DNA of 64,000 bases from an uncultured Chloroflexia bacterium (GCA_963726245.1 CAVSBT010000017.1:128001-192000), one strand, 5' to 3'. Positions 54,552-64,000 are shown, numbered from the stretch's first letter. Made by a program: numbers and translations. The notes: generated by a model not told the origin, from the letters alone.

Positions 54552-55049
54552 GTGAACTGGCTGGACGGCGTTATCCTGGCGGTGCTCGCCTGGTTCATCT
54601 TTGCCGCCTTCACCGCCGGCTTGATCCGCGAGGTCGTCACCATCTTCTCCGTTATCCTGGGAGTGGTGCTGGCGGGCCTCTTCTACGAGCGGCTGGCTGG
54701 AGACCTCAAGACGATTATCGACAGCGACAGGGCAGCAAGGACGGTGGCCTTCCTGGCTATCTTCCTCACCATTGCGGTGGCCGGCCAGGTGGTGGCCATG
54801 CTGCTCAAGGAAACAGCCTCGCTCTTGATGCTGGGCGTATTCGACCAGTTGGCGGGGGCTGCCTTCGGGTTCGTCAAGGGCGTGGTGATTATCCAGGTGA
54901 TCCTCATCCTGTTTGCCACCTACCCGTCCCTGGGCCTCGGCAGCGCCATCAGCAACTCCAAGCTGGCGCCCCTCTTCACCGAGCGGGCGCCAATCCTGCT
55001 GCGGGTGCTCCCCGCGGAGTTCGACGCCGCCAAACACCTTGGCGGTTGA
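54552..55049 (+). CDS. CvpA family membrane protein
   Basis: MNWLDGVIL...GLIREV...FDQLAGAAFGFVKG...SKLAP. Confidence 0.88.
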   Translation: MNWLDGVILAVLAWFIFAAFTAGLIREVVTIFSVILGVVLAGLFYERLAGDLKTIIDSDRAARTVAFLAIFLTIAVAGQVVAMLLKETASLLMLGVFDQLAGAAFGFVKGVVIIQVILILFATYPSLGLGSAISNSKLAPLFTERAPILLRVLPAEFDAAKHLGG

Positions 55050-55110
55050 CCGGGACGTCCGCAATCGATATAGTGCCGTGGGGCACCCCCCTCCAGGCTA
55101 AAGCTTCGTT

Positions 55111-55893
55111 ATGGCTGAACTAGGGAGAGTCCTCTTTCAGGCCCGGGTCGCCCGTGGACTGACCATCGAGGACGCCGAGCGCGACACCCGCATCTCCAAG
55201 CGGTATCTGGAAGCCCTGGAAAGAGAGGACTTCTCCGCCTTTCCGGCTCCCTTCTATGCCCGCGCCTTCCTTCGCACCTATGCCCAGTACCTGGGTCTGG
55301 ATGCCGGGCAGCTCCTGGCCGCGCTCCCCCATGCCCGGCTGGAGCCGGAGGTGTCGCCGCTGCCCGAGATCAGCCGTCCCACGACGCCCGGGTTCTCGAT
55401 GAACTGGGTGGTGGCGGGCATAGTGGTCCTCTTCCTGCTGGCTGCCGGCCTCCTCCTCTACCGCTCGGCGCCCGGCAGCCAAGGCGGCATCATACCCGGC
55501 CAGCCCACTCGCGTCCCCACCGCCGAGCTTGCCCAGACAGGTACGGAGGCACCCCCTCCAGCAGTGGAGCCTACCTTGGAGACGCCGACGGCTGAGGCGC
55601 CCCCGGCCGAGGCGCCCCCGGAAGAAGCGCCCACTGCGGAGCCTGTCCCCACCCAACAGCCTCAGGGCCGCCCGATAGCGCCCACAGACCCCGGCATAGT
55701 GCCGGACTTCGGGGGCGCCACCCTGGACGCGTCCGTCGCCGTCCTCCGCGACAAAGGCATGAGCTACGTTGTCGTCGAGGTGGAGAACAGCGATGTTGCA
55801 CCGGGTGTCGTCTTCGACCAGAGCCCGGCCCCCAACAGCAAGCTTGGTGACAATGAGTCTGTCACGCTTGTCGTTAGCCGCAGCGGCGTCTAG
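55111..55893 (+). CDS. RodZ-like HTH membrane protein with C-terminal PASTA domain
   Basis: TRISKRYLEALE...FYARAFLRTYAQYLGLD; one TM; Pro/Glu/Thr linker; VPDFGGATL...GVVFDQSPAPNS...VTLVVS. Confidence 0.85.
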   Translation: MAELGRVLFQARVARGLTIEDAERDTRISKRYLEALEREDFSAFPAPFYARAFLRTYAQYLGLDAGQLLAALPHARLEPEVSPLPEISRPTTPGFSMNWVVAGIVVLFLLAAGLLLYRSAPGSQGGIIPGQPTRVPTAELAQTGTEAPPPAVEPTLETPTAEAPPAEAPPEEAPTAEPVPTQQPQGRPIAPTDPGIVPDFGGATLDASVAVLRDKGMSYVVVEVENSDVAPGVVFDQSPAPNSKLGDNESVTLVVSRSGV

Positions 55894-55902
55894 CAGGTCT
55901 TC

Positions 55903-57228
55903 GTGCGCTATCACCTGGTGACTCTGGGCTGCCCCAAGAACGTCGCCGACTCCGAGAAGCTAGAGGCGCTCCTCCGCGAGGGCTATCACGAGCCCGCCGA
56001 CCGTCCCGCCGATGCCGACCTGATCGTGGTCAACACCTGTGGCTTCCTGGAGGCGGCTCGGCAGGAGTCGATTGACGCCGTCTTGCGGCTGGCCCTCGGT
56101 AAGCGGCTGGGGCAGAAGCTGGTGGTGGCGGGCTGCCTGACGCAGCTGGACGCCCGGCAGCTCAAGGACGAAGCGCCGGAGGTAGACGCCTTCTTCGGCG
56201 TGGAGGCCTGGGAGCAGGTGGCGGCCCTCGCGGGCACCGCCTCCCGGCCCGACGCGCAGGCGCCCCTCGATATCCCGGAGACTTCGCGGGGCCGGCGGCC
56301 CAGCGCCTACCTGAAGATCTCTGACGGCTGCGACGCCCACTGCGCCTTCTGCCTCATCCCCCGCATAAAGGGGCGCCTCCACAGCATCGAGCCCGACACC
56401 CTGGTCGCCGAGGCCAGGCGGCTGGCGGCCCAGGGGGTGCAGGAGCTGGTGCTGGTGGCCCAGGACAGCACCGCCTACGGGCGCGACCTCGGCCAGCGCG
56501 ACGGCCTGCCTGAGCTGCTGGAACGCCTGGCGGAGGCCGTGCCGCAGGTGCCCTGGATCCGGGTGATGTATGCCTACCCCGGCCACGTCAGCGCTTCCCT
56601 GGCCCGCACCATGGCCTCGCTGCCCCAGGTATGCCACTACCTGGACATACCGCTCCAGCACGCCAGCGCCGACGTCCTGCGGCGCATGCGCCGGCCCAGC
56701 AATCCGGACCATCTGCGTCAGATGCTCGCCCGCCTGCGCTCCGCCATGCCGGACATCGCCCTGCGCACCACCTTCATCGTGGGCTACCCGGGGGAGACAG
56801 AGGCGGAGTTCGAGGAGCTGCTGGACTTCGTGCAGGAGACGCGCTTCGACCACGTCGGCGCCTTCGTCTACTCTCCGGAGCCGGGCACGCCGGCGGCGCA
56901 GGCGCCCGGACAGGTGGCGACGGTAGTCAAGCGCCGGCGCTACCGGCGCCTGATGCGACTCGCCCAGGAGGTGTCCCTGGCCCGCAACCGGCAGTGGGTG
57001 GGCCGCGAGCTCACGGTGCTGGTGGAGTCTGAGGCCGCTCCCGCCGGCCGCGGCGACGAGTCGCGACCCGAGGGAGATGAGGTGTTCGCCGGGCGCTCCT
57101 ACCGTGACGCGCCGGAGGTCGACGGGCTGGTGCTGGGCCACGGCCGCCCGCCGCCCGGCTCGATGGTGCGCGTGCGGGTCGAGCAAGCGTTGCCTTACGA
57201 CCTGTGGGGCAGCCTGGTGCCCTCGTAA
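55903..57228 (+). CDS. rimO: ribosomal protein S12 methylthiotransferase
   Basis: LGCPKN, NTCGF, AYLKISDGCDAHCAFC, YLDIPLQH, DAPEVDG. Confidence 0.96.
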   Translation: MRYHLVTLGCPKNVADSEKLEALLREGYHEPADRPADADLIVVNTCGFLEAARQESIDAVLRLALGKRLGQKLVVAGCLTQLDARQLKDEAPEVDAFFGVEAWEQVAALAGTASRPDAQAPLDIPETSRGRRPSAYLKISDGCDAHCAFCLIPRIKGRLHSIEPDTLVAEARRLAAQGVQELVLVAQDSTAYGRDLGQRDGLPELLERLAEAVPQVPWIRVMYAYPGHVSASLARTMASLPQVCHYLDIPLQHASADVLRRMRRPSNPDHLRQMLARLRSAMPDIALRTTFIVGYPGETEAEFEELLDFVQETRFDHVGAFVYSPEPGTPAAQAPGQVATVVKRRRYRRLMRLAQEVSLARNRQWVGRELTVLVESEAAPAGRGDESRPEGDEVFAGRSYRDAPEVDGLVLGHGRPPPGSMVRVRVEQALPYDLWGSLVPS

Positions 57229-57262
57229 CGGATTGTCAGTAGGGGCGCGCGGCCGTGTGCCC

Positions 57263-57556
57263 CTACAGCGCCTGGAGCATCTCGATTTCGTAGTCCAGGA
57301 GCTCCGCCTCCAGCCGGCTGCCGGCGATGTACTTGACCACGTTCGTAAGCATCTCGTCGGCGTGGCGGGTGCTGTTGGAGACGCAGCTAATCCCCAGGGA
57401 GACGATCTGCCAGCTCTCGTTGTCGTCGATCTCGGCGATGGCGACGTTGTACTTGTTTCGGACGCGGCTGGTGACGGACTTGATTAGCTGACGCTTGCCC
57501 TTCAGGGAGTCGTTCTCGGGCAGGCGCAGGGTGATGCGACAGGCTCCGACGGTCAT
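57263..57556 (-). CDS. DUF503 (YlxP) family protein
   Basis: MTVG...SLKGKRQLIKS...KYNVAIAEIDDNESWQ. Confidence 0.9.
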   Translation of the reverse strand: MTVGACRITLRLPENDSLKGKRQLIKSVTSRVRNKYNVAIAEIDDNESWQIVSLGISCVSNSTRHADEMLTNVVKYIAGSRLEAELLDYEIEMLQAL

Positions 57557-58122
57557 GGCTTCTCCCCCTCTGGGCCCGATCGCTCCTCCTTTGGCAGGGG
57601 CGGCAGGTCCTGCGGGCTCTCCAGGCCGAAGTGCTCCAGGAAGCGGACGGTGGTCGCCAGCAGGGCTGGGTGCCCCGGCGTGGCGGCCCGTCCTGCCTCC
57701 TCCACCAGGCCGCGGGCGATGAGGGTGGCCACAGCTCGGTCCGAGTTGACGCCGCGGATGGCGTCGATGGCGGCGCGGGTAATCGGCTGCCGGTAGGCGA
57801 TGATAGCCAGGGCCTCCAGGGCGGCGTGGGAGAGGCGCTGCTCGTGGTCCATACCCAGGAGCCGTTCCACGTAGGGGGCGGCCTCGGGATCGGTCACCAT
57901 CTGCACGTAGCGACCATCGCGCTGGACGCGGATGCCCCGGTCGCGGCACGCGGCGGCCAGGCTGACCAGCGTCTCTTCCACCTGCCCCGTCTCGATGCGG
58001 AGGACGCGCGCCAGCACTCCCATGTCCACCGGTCCCTGCGCCACGAAGAGAAGGCTCTCCAGGACGGCCCGGAGCCTCTCAGTCGGGGGTGGTTGCAGTC
58101 TTGGCACGTCGCCGCTCCCCAA
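57553..58122 (-). CDS. scpB: SMC-Scp complex subunit ScpB
   Basis: LESLLFV, LSHAALEALAIIAYRQPITRAAIDAIRGVNS, FLEHFGLESPQDLPPL. Confidence 0.95.
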   Translation of the reverse strand: MGSGDVPRLQPPPTERLRAVLESLLFVAQGPVDMGVLARVLRIETGQVEETLVSLAAACRDRGIRVQRDGRYVQMVTDPEAAPYVERLLGMDHEQRLSHAALEALAIIAYRQPITRAAIDAIRGVNSDRAVATLIARGLVEEAGRAATPGHPALLATTVRFLEHFGLESPQDLPPLPKEERSGPEGEKP

Positions 58123-58134
58123 TGGGCCTTTGTT

Positions 58135-58169
58135 CTATGCCCTATGCGTTATGCCCTGTGCGCTATGCG
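58135..58169. repeat. heptamer tandem repeat, 5 copies
   Basis: ctatgcc ctatgcg ttatgcc ctgtgcg ctatgcg. Confidence 0.85.
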
Positions 58170-58879
58170 TCAGGCCCCGTGCCGGCTTGGGGGCTCTCGC
58201 CCTCGCCTTCCGCCGGCATCTCTTCGGCAGCGGGCGCTTCTTCGTCCGCCGCCGCCGCCTCGACGGTCATCGCCTGCGGCTCCTCGGCCGGAGCCGGCGG
58301 CGGAGAGGGCGAGGTCGTGGCCGGCTTCGCCGCCAGGCGCAGCTCCGAGTAGCGGAGGTTGAGGCGAGGCGGTCTCGCCATCTCGACGCTGAGCCGGTTC
58401 GTGAGTATGTTTTCCACCGCCCTGCATGCCTCCTCCGAGGTGAGGGCCAGGTTGGTATCCGGGTCCACGTGCAGCTCCAGGTCTACCTCCACACCCTTGC
58501 CGCGGGCCGCCACCATGGCCTTGACCTGGGTGACGTGCGGCACAGCGGACACCTCCTGCTGGAGGCGCTGGCCGATGGCGTCTGTCGAGAGGAGGGCGTC
58601 GCCGGCCCGCACGTCGCGCACGGGCACCCGCTCCGCCCGGGGCGGCGTCAGCTCGGCGATGACCACGACCAGGGCGAGGAGGGCCACCACGACGCCACCC
58701 AGGGTGAGGATGATGCGCGATCCGTTGTCGTCCTGGTGATCGTGCAGGAACTGGACGAAGTCCGAGAGGCGCTGCACGCTCTCGGAGGCGGCGGCCCAGG
58801 TGAAGAGGATGACCAGCGCCACGGCGAACATGAGCAGCAGGGCACCCAACAAGATGATGAGGCGGTTGGCGACGTTCAT
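58163..58879 (-). CDS. AmaP/Asp23-like membrane-anchored protein
   Basis: MNVANRLIILLG, two TMs, then an Asp23-like domain (LSTDAIGQRL...VDLELHV) and an acidic tail; GAGGAGG RBS. Confidence 0.72.
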   Translation of the reverse strand: MNVANRLIILLGALLLMFAVALVILFTWAAASESVQRLSDFVQFLHDHQDDNGSRIILTLGGVVVALLALVVVIAELTPPRAERVPVRDVRAGDALLSTDAIGQRLQQEVSAVPHVTQVKAMVAARGKGVEVDLELHVDPDTNLALTSEEACRAVENILTNRLSVEMARPPRLNLRYSELRLAAKPATTSPSPPPAPAEEPQAMTVEAAAADEEAPAAEEMPAEGEGESPQAGTGPDA

Positions 58880-60316
58880 TGTTTCCTCCTCAAACTCTCG
58901 CCCCTGCCGGCCAAGCAGGCCAGATGCGCCGATGACGCCCAGACGAGCTCTCCCCAGACGCCTCCCTCGAATTCGCCCCGCCCTCGCGTCCGGCCGGCGG
59001 GCTGCGTCGAGCCGGTGCCGTCTCCGAGTCGGGCGGGCAGGATGCGGTTCCAGAGGTTGGCGTCGCTGCGGGTGAATACGCGGATGTAATTGTCGGTCAG
59101 GCCTTCCCAAAGCAGGCCGCCCCTGGTGCGCCGGGTCCTCTCCCAGAGCACGGGCATGACCCGCCCCAGGAAGCGCGCCTCGAAGGCGGCCCGCAGGTCG
59201 CGGCCCAGGGCCAGCAGGCGCCGCGTGCGCTCCCGCTTCACGGGCTCCGGCACCTGGTCGTCCGCCAAAGGCGGACGGGCGGCGACGGTGCCCGGCCGGC
59301 GCGAGTAGGGGAAGACGTGCAGCGCGGCGAAGGCAGCCTCGCCGCAGAGGGCGTAGCGTCTCCTCGAAGTCGGCCTCGGACTCACCCGGGAAGCCGACCA
59401 TGACGTCGGTCGTCACGGCCGCATCGGGGACGTGCCTGCGGATCAGGGCCAGGGCCTGGCGAAAGTCAGCGGCGGTGTAGCGGCGGCGCATGCGGGCGAG
59501 GACGTTGTCGCTGCCGCTCTGGAGAACCAGGTGGAAGTGGCGGCAGAGACGCGGGTCCTCCCACAGCGAGAGCAGCTCTGATGTGACGTCCTGCGGCTGT
59601 AGCGACGAGAGGCGTAGCCGCGGCGCCGCCGTCTCCCCCAGCAGGGCCCGCAGCAGCGCCGAGGGGCCGGAGGCGGCCGCGCCGTTGCTCCTCTCTCGCC
59701 CATGGGCGGCCCTGTAGGCACCCAACTGAGTGCCGGTGAGCACCACCTCCTGCACACCCTCTTTCTCGCGGGCGCGCACGGCGCTGACCACCTCATCCAG
59801 GGGCACGCTGCGCTCGCGGCCGCGGGTCCGGGGAACCACGCAGAAGGCACAGACGTCGTTGCAGCCCTCCTGCACCTTGAGGAAGGCCCTGGTGCGCAGC
59901 AAACCCCAGGAGTCGGAACAGGACGCTGACTCGGCAACCCCGCCGGTCTGACGAACGCCCGGACCGGCGAGCCGGGCGGCCAGCGAAGGCTTCTCGTCGT
60001 TCTTCAGGATGAGGTCGGCGCCGATGGCGGCGGCCAGGCCCGGCCCGGCAGTCTCGACGTAGCAGCCGGTGACGATCACCGGCGCCACGGGCGAAAGGCG
60101 GCGGGCCAGACGGGCCAGGTGGCGGGCCTTGCGGTCGGCGACGTGGGTGACGGAGCAGGTGTTGATGACGAAGGCATCGGCGGCGGCGGGCCGGTCCACC
60201 ACCTGGCAGCCCGCGGCCAGCAGGTCGCGGGCGATGGCCTCGGATTCGGCCTGGTTGAGCTTGCAGCCCAGGGTGAGGAGGCAGACGCGGCGGATGGTTG
60301 GGCTCTCGTTGGTCAT
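58876..60316 (-). CDS. mtaB: tRNA t6A methylthiotransferase (one apparent indel near 59355)
   Basis: TLGCKLNQAES, INTCSVT, RTRAFLKVQEGCNDVCAFC, LHVFPYSRRPGT, GLTDNYIRV. Confidence 0.93.
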
Positions 60317-60476
60317 AAGAATGACGAGCCGGCAGGGGCTCGCCCACATGATAGCGGAACGAGGGGGGCTGTCAATCGAGGGGCTAGGAGCGGCCGGGGC
60401 TGCCCGTCAACGTCGCCGTCTTCGGACAGGGGAAAGGTTCCCGGCCGCCCCACGGTAAGGGGGGGAACCCGGAGGA

Positions 60477-60686
60477 TCAGTTGGTGTGGACCCGAATGGG
60501 GTGCTTGTGGCGTTGCACCATGGCCGAGAGCGCCAGCTCCGAGAGTCGGGCCTCCCGCAGGAGCGCCTCGGCGCGGGACCGCATGTCGTCTATGGCGCGT
60601 CGCTGGCGGCGCCGCCACAGATGGAGCGCCACTTCCATGGCCAGCGACCCGCCGGCCGCCAGGGCTCCGCTCAGCAAGAGCGTCAT
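60477..60686 (-). CDS. 69-aa protein with hydrophobic N-terminus and basic helical tail
   Basis: MTLLLSGALAAGGSLAMEVALHLWRRRQRRAIDDMRSRAEALLREARL...; follows the Zn-ribbon ORF by 24 nt; a GGTTCCC/GGGAACC hairpin lies downstream. Confidence 0.6.
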   Translation of the reverse strand: MTLLLSGALAAGGSLAMEVALHLWRRRQRRAIDDMRSRAEALLREARLSELALSAMVQRHKHPIRVHTN

Positions 60687-60710
60687 GTCCCTATCGACTC
60701 CGGCGTCCGG

Positions 60711-60830
60711 CTAGCAGCGGGTGAAGCCGCAGATAGGGCAGCAGATGCAGCCCTCGCCGTGGACCAGCGGGCCGCCGCAGTCCGGACAGCGGACGCCCGT
60801 GAGATGACCCTTCGTTGTGCCCTTGCGCAT
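60711..60830 (-). CDS. 39-aa Cys-rich zinc-ribbon microprotein (not in the supplied ORF track)
   Basis: AGGAGG RBS; MRKGTTKGHLTGVRCPDCGGPLVHGEGCICCPICGFTRC*. Confidence 0.8.
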   Translation of the reverse strand: MRKGTTKGHLTGVRCPDCGGPLVHGEGCICCPICGFTRC

Positions 60831-60846
60831 CGCTGTGCCTCCTAAG

Positions 60847-60935
60847 GAACATGTGTTCTTCTTCCTATACGTCAGTAATTATCAGAACAGCCGTTCTTTG
60901 TCAAGGGGTTTGACGAAAAAAGAACAAATATTTTC
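60847..60935 (-). promoter_or_regulatory. cluster of SOS boxes with sigma70 -35
   Basis: GAACATGTGTTC (60847-58), GAACAGCCGTTC (60885-96), degenerate GAACAAATATTT (60922-33); minus-strand TTGACA at 60899-904. Confidence 0.85.
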
Positions 60936-60939
60936 GTGC

Positions 60940-60998
60940 GTAGGGGCGACCCCCCGTGGTCGCCCGGAAAAGGGGCAGGGACGGGGCCCTGCCCCTAC
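60940..60998. repeat. GTAG-type REP inverted doublet
   Basis: GTAGGGGCGACCCCCCGTGGTCGCCC...GGGCAGGGACGGGGCCCTGCCCCTAC. Confidence 0.8.
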
Positions 60999-61096
60999 GC
61001 GCGCGGTGTCCAATTTCCGCAAGGTTGGATGAAACTACGGTGGGGGCGATATCATGAAGCGTCCGCTCAGCATGTTTAGCCGCTTGAGGAGGCCTG

Positions 61097-62247
61097 GTGC
61101 GGATTCTCATCGCTCCGCAGGAGTTCAAGGGCAGCCTCTCCGCTGTTGAGGCTGCCCAAGCCATGGCGGAAGGCCTGGGTCGCGCCCTTCCCGGCGTCGA
61201 GCTTGACCTGGCGCCCATGGCTGACGGGGGCCCGGGCACCGTCGAGGCGCTGGTGTCGGCCGCCGGGGGGCGTCGTCTCACGTCCACGGTCGCCGGCCCT
61301 CTGGGGCGGCCCGTGGAGGCCGCCTGGGGACTGGTGGAGGAAGGCCCCACCGCCGTCATCGAGATGGCGGCGGCCTCGGGCCTCGTCCTTCTTCGCCCCC
61401 AGGAGCGCGACGCCCGCCGCGCCGGCACCTATGGCACCGGCCGGCTCATAGCCGCCGCCCTGGACGCGGGCTGCCGGCGCCTCATCATCGGGCTGGGCGG
61501 CAGCGCCACCAACGACGGTGGCGCGGGGATGGCTCAGGCCCTGGGCGTCCGCCTCAACGACGCGGAGGGCCGCGACCTGCCCGCCGGCGGCGCCGCCCTG
61601 GCCCGCCTGGCCCGCATCGACGTGAGCGGGCTGGACAAGCGCCTGCGCCACTGCCGCGTCCTGGGCGCCACCGACGTCACGAACCCCCTCTGCGGGCCCC
61701 ACGGCGCCTCCGCCGTCTACGGGCCTCAGAAGGGCGCCTCGCCCTCCGATGTCGAGGAGCTGGACGCTGCCCTGGCCCACTACGCCGCCGTCATCGAGCG
61801 CGACCTGGGCAAGCGGGTGTCTGAGGTGCCCGGCGCGGGAGCGGCCGGCGGCGCCGGGGCCGGGCTCATCGCCTTCCTGGACGCCGAGCTGCGTCCCGGC
61901 GCCGAGCTCGTGGCGGAGGCGGTGGGCCTTGAGAGACGCATCGCGGCCGCCGACCTGGTGGTCACCGGCGAAGGACGGCTGGACGCCCAGACGGCCTACG
62001 GCAAGACGGTGGCCACGGTGGCCCGCCTGGCGCGGCGGCAGGGCCGGCGTGTCGTCGCCCTGGCGGGGCGCGTCGACGACGCGCAGGAGGCCTGCTCGGC
62101 GCTGGGGCTGGAGGCGGCCCTCAGCATCGTGCCGCCGGCCACGCGCTGCCCGAGGCAGAGGCCATGTCGAGGGCGTCCGAGCTGCTGTCGGCCGCCGCCG
62201 AAAGCCTGCCACGATTGCTGAAGCTGGGACGTGGACATCCGGGCTGA
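61097..62247 (+). CDS. glxK: glycerate kinase (GlxK family; indel near 3' end)
   Basis: IAPQEFKGSL, PMADGGPGT, GLGGSATNDGG, DVTNPLCG, YGPQKGA, TGEGRLDAQT. Confidence 0.93.
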
Positions 62248-62289
62248 GGGACTGCCGGCCCAAGAGATGCTGAGATGGCCGCTCCGGGC

Positions 62290-62778
62290 CTACTGCGGCT
62301 TCTGGGCCTGCGGTGCGGAAGAGCCAGGCCCGGCCGGGACGGCGCCGGCCTTGATTGACAGCGCCGGCTTCCGGCCTGCCTGCCAGAGGAACACCAGCAG
62401 GGCCAGGAAGATGACCGCCACCGCAAAGGGAAGGACGGCATGTTTGAGGTTGGTTAGCGTGGCGATGGCTATGCCCGCCTGGGAGACGTAGGGAAGCCAG
62501 CGGAAGACGCTGTACTTGGCCGGATTCCAGCCGAGAAGGGCGTAGACGGGGGCCAGGATCAGGACGTGAATGCCCAGGAGCCGCTGGGCCGCGTGCTGGT
62601 CTATGCCGGCGCTCAGGGAGCCGGCGTTGGCGGAGAAGAGGAGCGAGAGGCCCCAGATCGCGGTCCAGAAGGCCAACAGGATGAGGACAACGCGCCGGGC
62701 CGCGCCGACGCTGACCACGGCGCCATCTTCAGACGCGGCCTGCGTCGTCACCTTTCCCGCTTTCGATTGCTGAGCCAT
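62290..62778 (-). CDS. hypothetical membrane protein
   Basis: 162 aa with about four hydrophobic segments; GGGAGA upstream. Confidence 0.65.
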   Translation of the reverse strand: MAQQSKAGKVTTQAASEDGAVVSVGAARRVVLILLAFWTAIWGLSLLFSANAGSLSAGIDQHAAQRLLGIHVLILAPVYALLGWNPAKYSVFRWLPYVSQAGIAIATLTNLKHAVLPFAVAVIFLALLVFLWQAGRKPALSIKAGAVPAGPGSSAPQAQKPQ

Positions 62779-62942
62779 GGCGGCCGTCTCCCGTCACAGA
62801 GATCATCGGGAAGTTTCCCTTCCCACTGAAACTATTCTAGCACCTATGCATGACCCTAAGCCTGTTTCGGACAATCCGTGTCTGCCTGCCTGCCGGTAGG
62901 CAGGTCTGAGCCCATCTGTGGCTGAGGGTCAGCCGCCGGCGC

Positions 62943-63323
62943 TCAGTCCAGCCCCATCTCGGCCAGCTTCTCGTCCGAGATGCCGAAGTGGTGGGCGATC
63001 TCGTGGAGGACCGTCTTGCGCACCTCTTCCGTCAGCTCGGCCTCGTCGGGGAAGTCGCGCTCCAGCGGCTCCTGGAAGATGGTGATCTTGTCGGGCAGCA
63101 CCAGCCCGTAGCCGCTGCGCTCTGTGAGGGGCACGCCGGAGTAGAGGCCGTACGGCATCTCGCCCGGGCGCAAGCCGGACTGCCGGCGGTCGTTCGGGCT
63201 CGGCCGGCGCTTGACGACTATGTCGATGTTGGAGAGCCGGTCGCGGAAGGGTGACGGAAGGCCGGCCAGGGCGCGCCGCACCAGACGCAAGAAACGCCCT
63301 CGGGGCATCACGGGCAGCCGCAC
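62943..63323 (-). CDS. minimal zincin-like metallopeptidase (DUF1025-like)
   Basis: YGLYSGVPLTER, LPDKITIFQEP, TVLHEIAHHFGISDEKL. Confidence 0.9.
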   Translation of the reverse strand: MRLPVMPRGRFLRLVRRALAGLPSPFRDRLSNIDIVVKRRPSPNDRRQSGLRPGEMPYGLYSGVPLTERSGYGLVLPDKITIFQEPLERDFPDEAELTEEVRKTVLHEIAHHFGISDEKLAEMGLD

Positions 63324-63395
63324 CTCTGGGTGGAGCGGACGCGCGCTGGCGGCGGGCGCCGAGGAGAAGCCGGAAGGTTTGCACGCGGAGGCCCC

Positions 63396-63833
63396 TTAGC
63401 CGTGCGTCTGCCAGAGGGCCCGATAGCCCTCGCCGCGGATGGCGCTTTGGACCTCGCCCCTCTCGAGATCCCGTAGCTCCTGGAGCACCTGCTCGCAGCG
63501 CTGAGCGGTGTCGGGGAATCCCTTCTCGGTGAGGCGCTCGACCAGGGCGCCCCAGACGCCGCTCTCCACCAGGCTATCGACGTGCCGGGGCCACCAGATG
63601 GAGGTGATCTTCTCCGGGAGGCGGAAGCGTGGCCGCAGGCGCTTCAGGCTGCGGAACCGCTCCTCGACCGAGGCGGCGGGAGGCACGAGCTTCAGCATAG
63701 GCGGGTCGATCTCCGTGTGGCGGCAGTCCGCCAGCAGGCGCTGGCTGACGATGACGAACCGGAACGTGAGGACGTCGGCGCTACGAACGGTGGCGATAAT
63801 CTCGTTCAGGTCGAGGAAGTAGTCGTTGTCCAT
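63396..63833 (-). CDS. hypothetical protein
   Basis: MDNDYFLDL...SVEERFRSLKRLRPRF...GEGYRALW; normal codon bias, no motif recognised. Confidence 0.7.
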   Translation of the reverse strand: MDNDYFLDLNEIIATVRSADVLTFRFVIVSQRLLADCRHTEIDPPMLKLVPPAASVEERFRSLKRLRPRFRLPEKITSIWWPRHVDSLVESGVWGALVERLTEKGFPDTAQRCEQVLQELRDLERGEVQSAIRGEGYRALWQTHG

Positions 63834-64000
63834 AAGTGCTGAAAGCCGGTCTATCCGCGGGCAGCCACGGTGCGGGGAGGACACCCAGGAACGCAGCGTC
63901 GAGGGGGTAGCGCCTGCGGTCATTCTAGCACTGGAATTGGAAGGGCGGCAAGCAACCTTCTCGACCGTTGGTGGTCGACCAGGGGCCGTCTCGCGGCGTG

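Noticed and set aside
58163-60349. 728-aa MtaB-AmaP fusion
   Set aside because: An indel near 59355 shifts mtaB into the amaP frame; the real MtaB C-terminus is in ORF 58876..59385 and amaP has its own RBS.

Overview
High-GC bacterial chromosomal segment. Gene content and Gram-positive-type GAAC-N4-GTTC LexA boxes suggest Chloroflexota, probably Dehalococcoidia-related (inference). The sequence has many single-base indels that break even essential genes (dxr, ispG, proS, pdh), most simply explained as uncorrected long-read error, so several CDS below are stitched across frames and their ends are approximate. Content in order: dxr-rseP-ispG; a lower-GC patch with a 1-Cys peroxiredoxin and a secreted Zn-phospholipase C-like/C2-like/PKD protein; ModE-like regulator + tupABC; hypAFCDE; proS; four tandem alpha/beta-hydrolase-class III adenylate cyclase genes; lipB-lipA-lpdA-pdhABC; murI; an acyl-CoA catabolic cluster; marR + an uncalled csrA; holA, lexA, cvpA, rodZ-like, rimO, scpB, mtaB; an uncalled LexA-boxed two-microprotein operon; glycerate kinase. 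No rRNA, tRNA, CRISPR array or transposase was seen, but a dense family of GTAG-type REP palindromes is present. The best candidate for an undescribed system is the cyclase array (28382-33838), which pairs two sensor types (catalytically intact vs triad-less hydrolase) with two cyclase variants in all four combinations. Next are the SOS micro-operon (60477-60935), a LysM-containing RseP, and a bistable RNA structure upstream of lipB.
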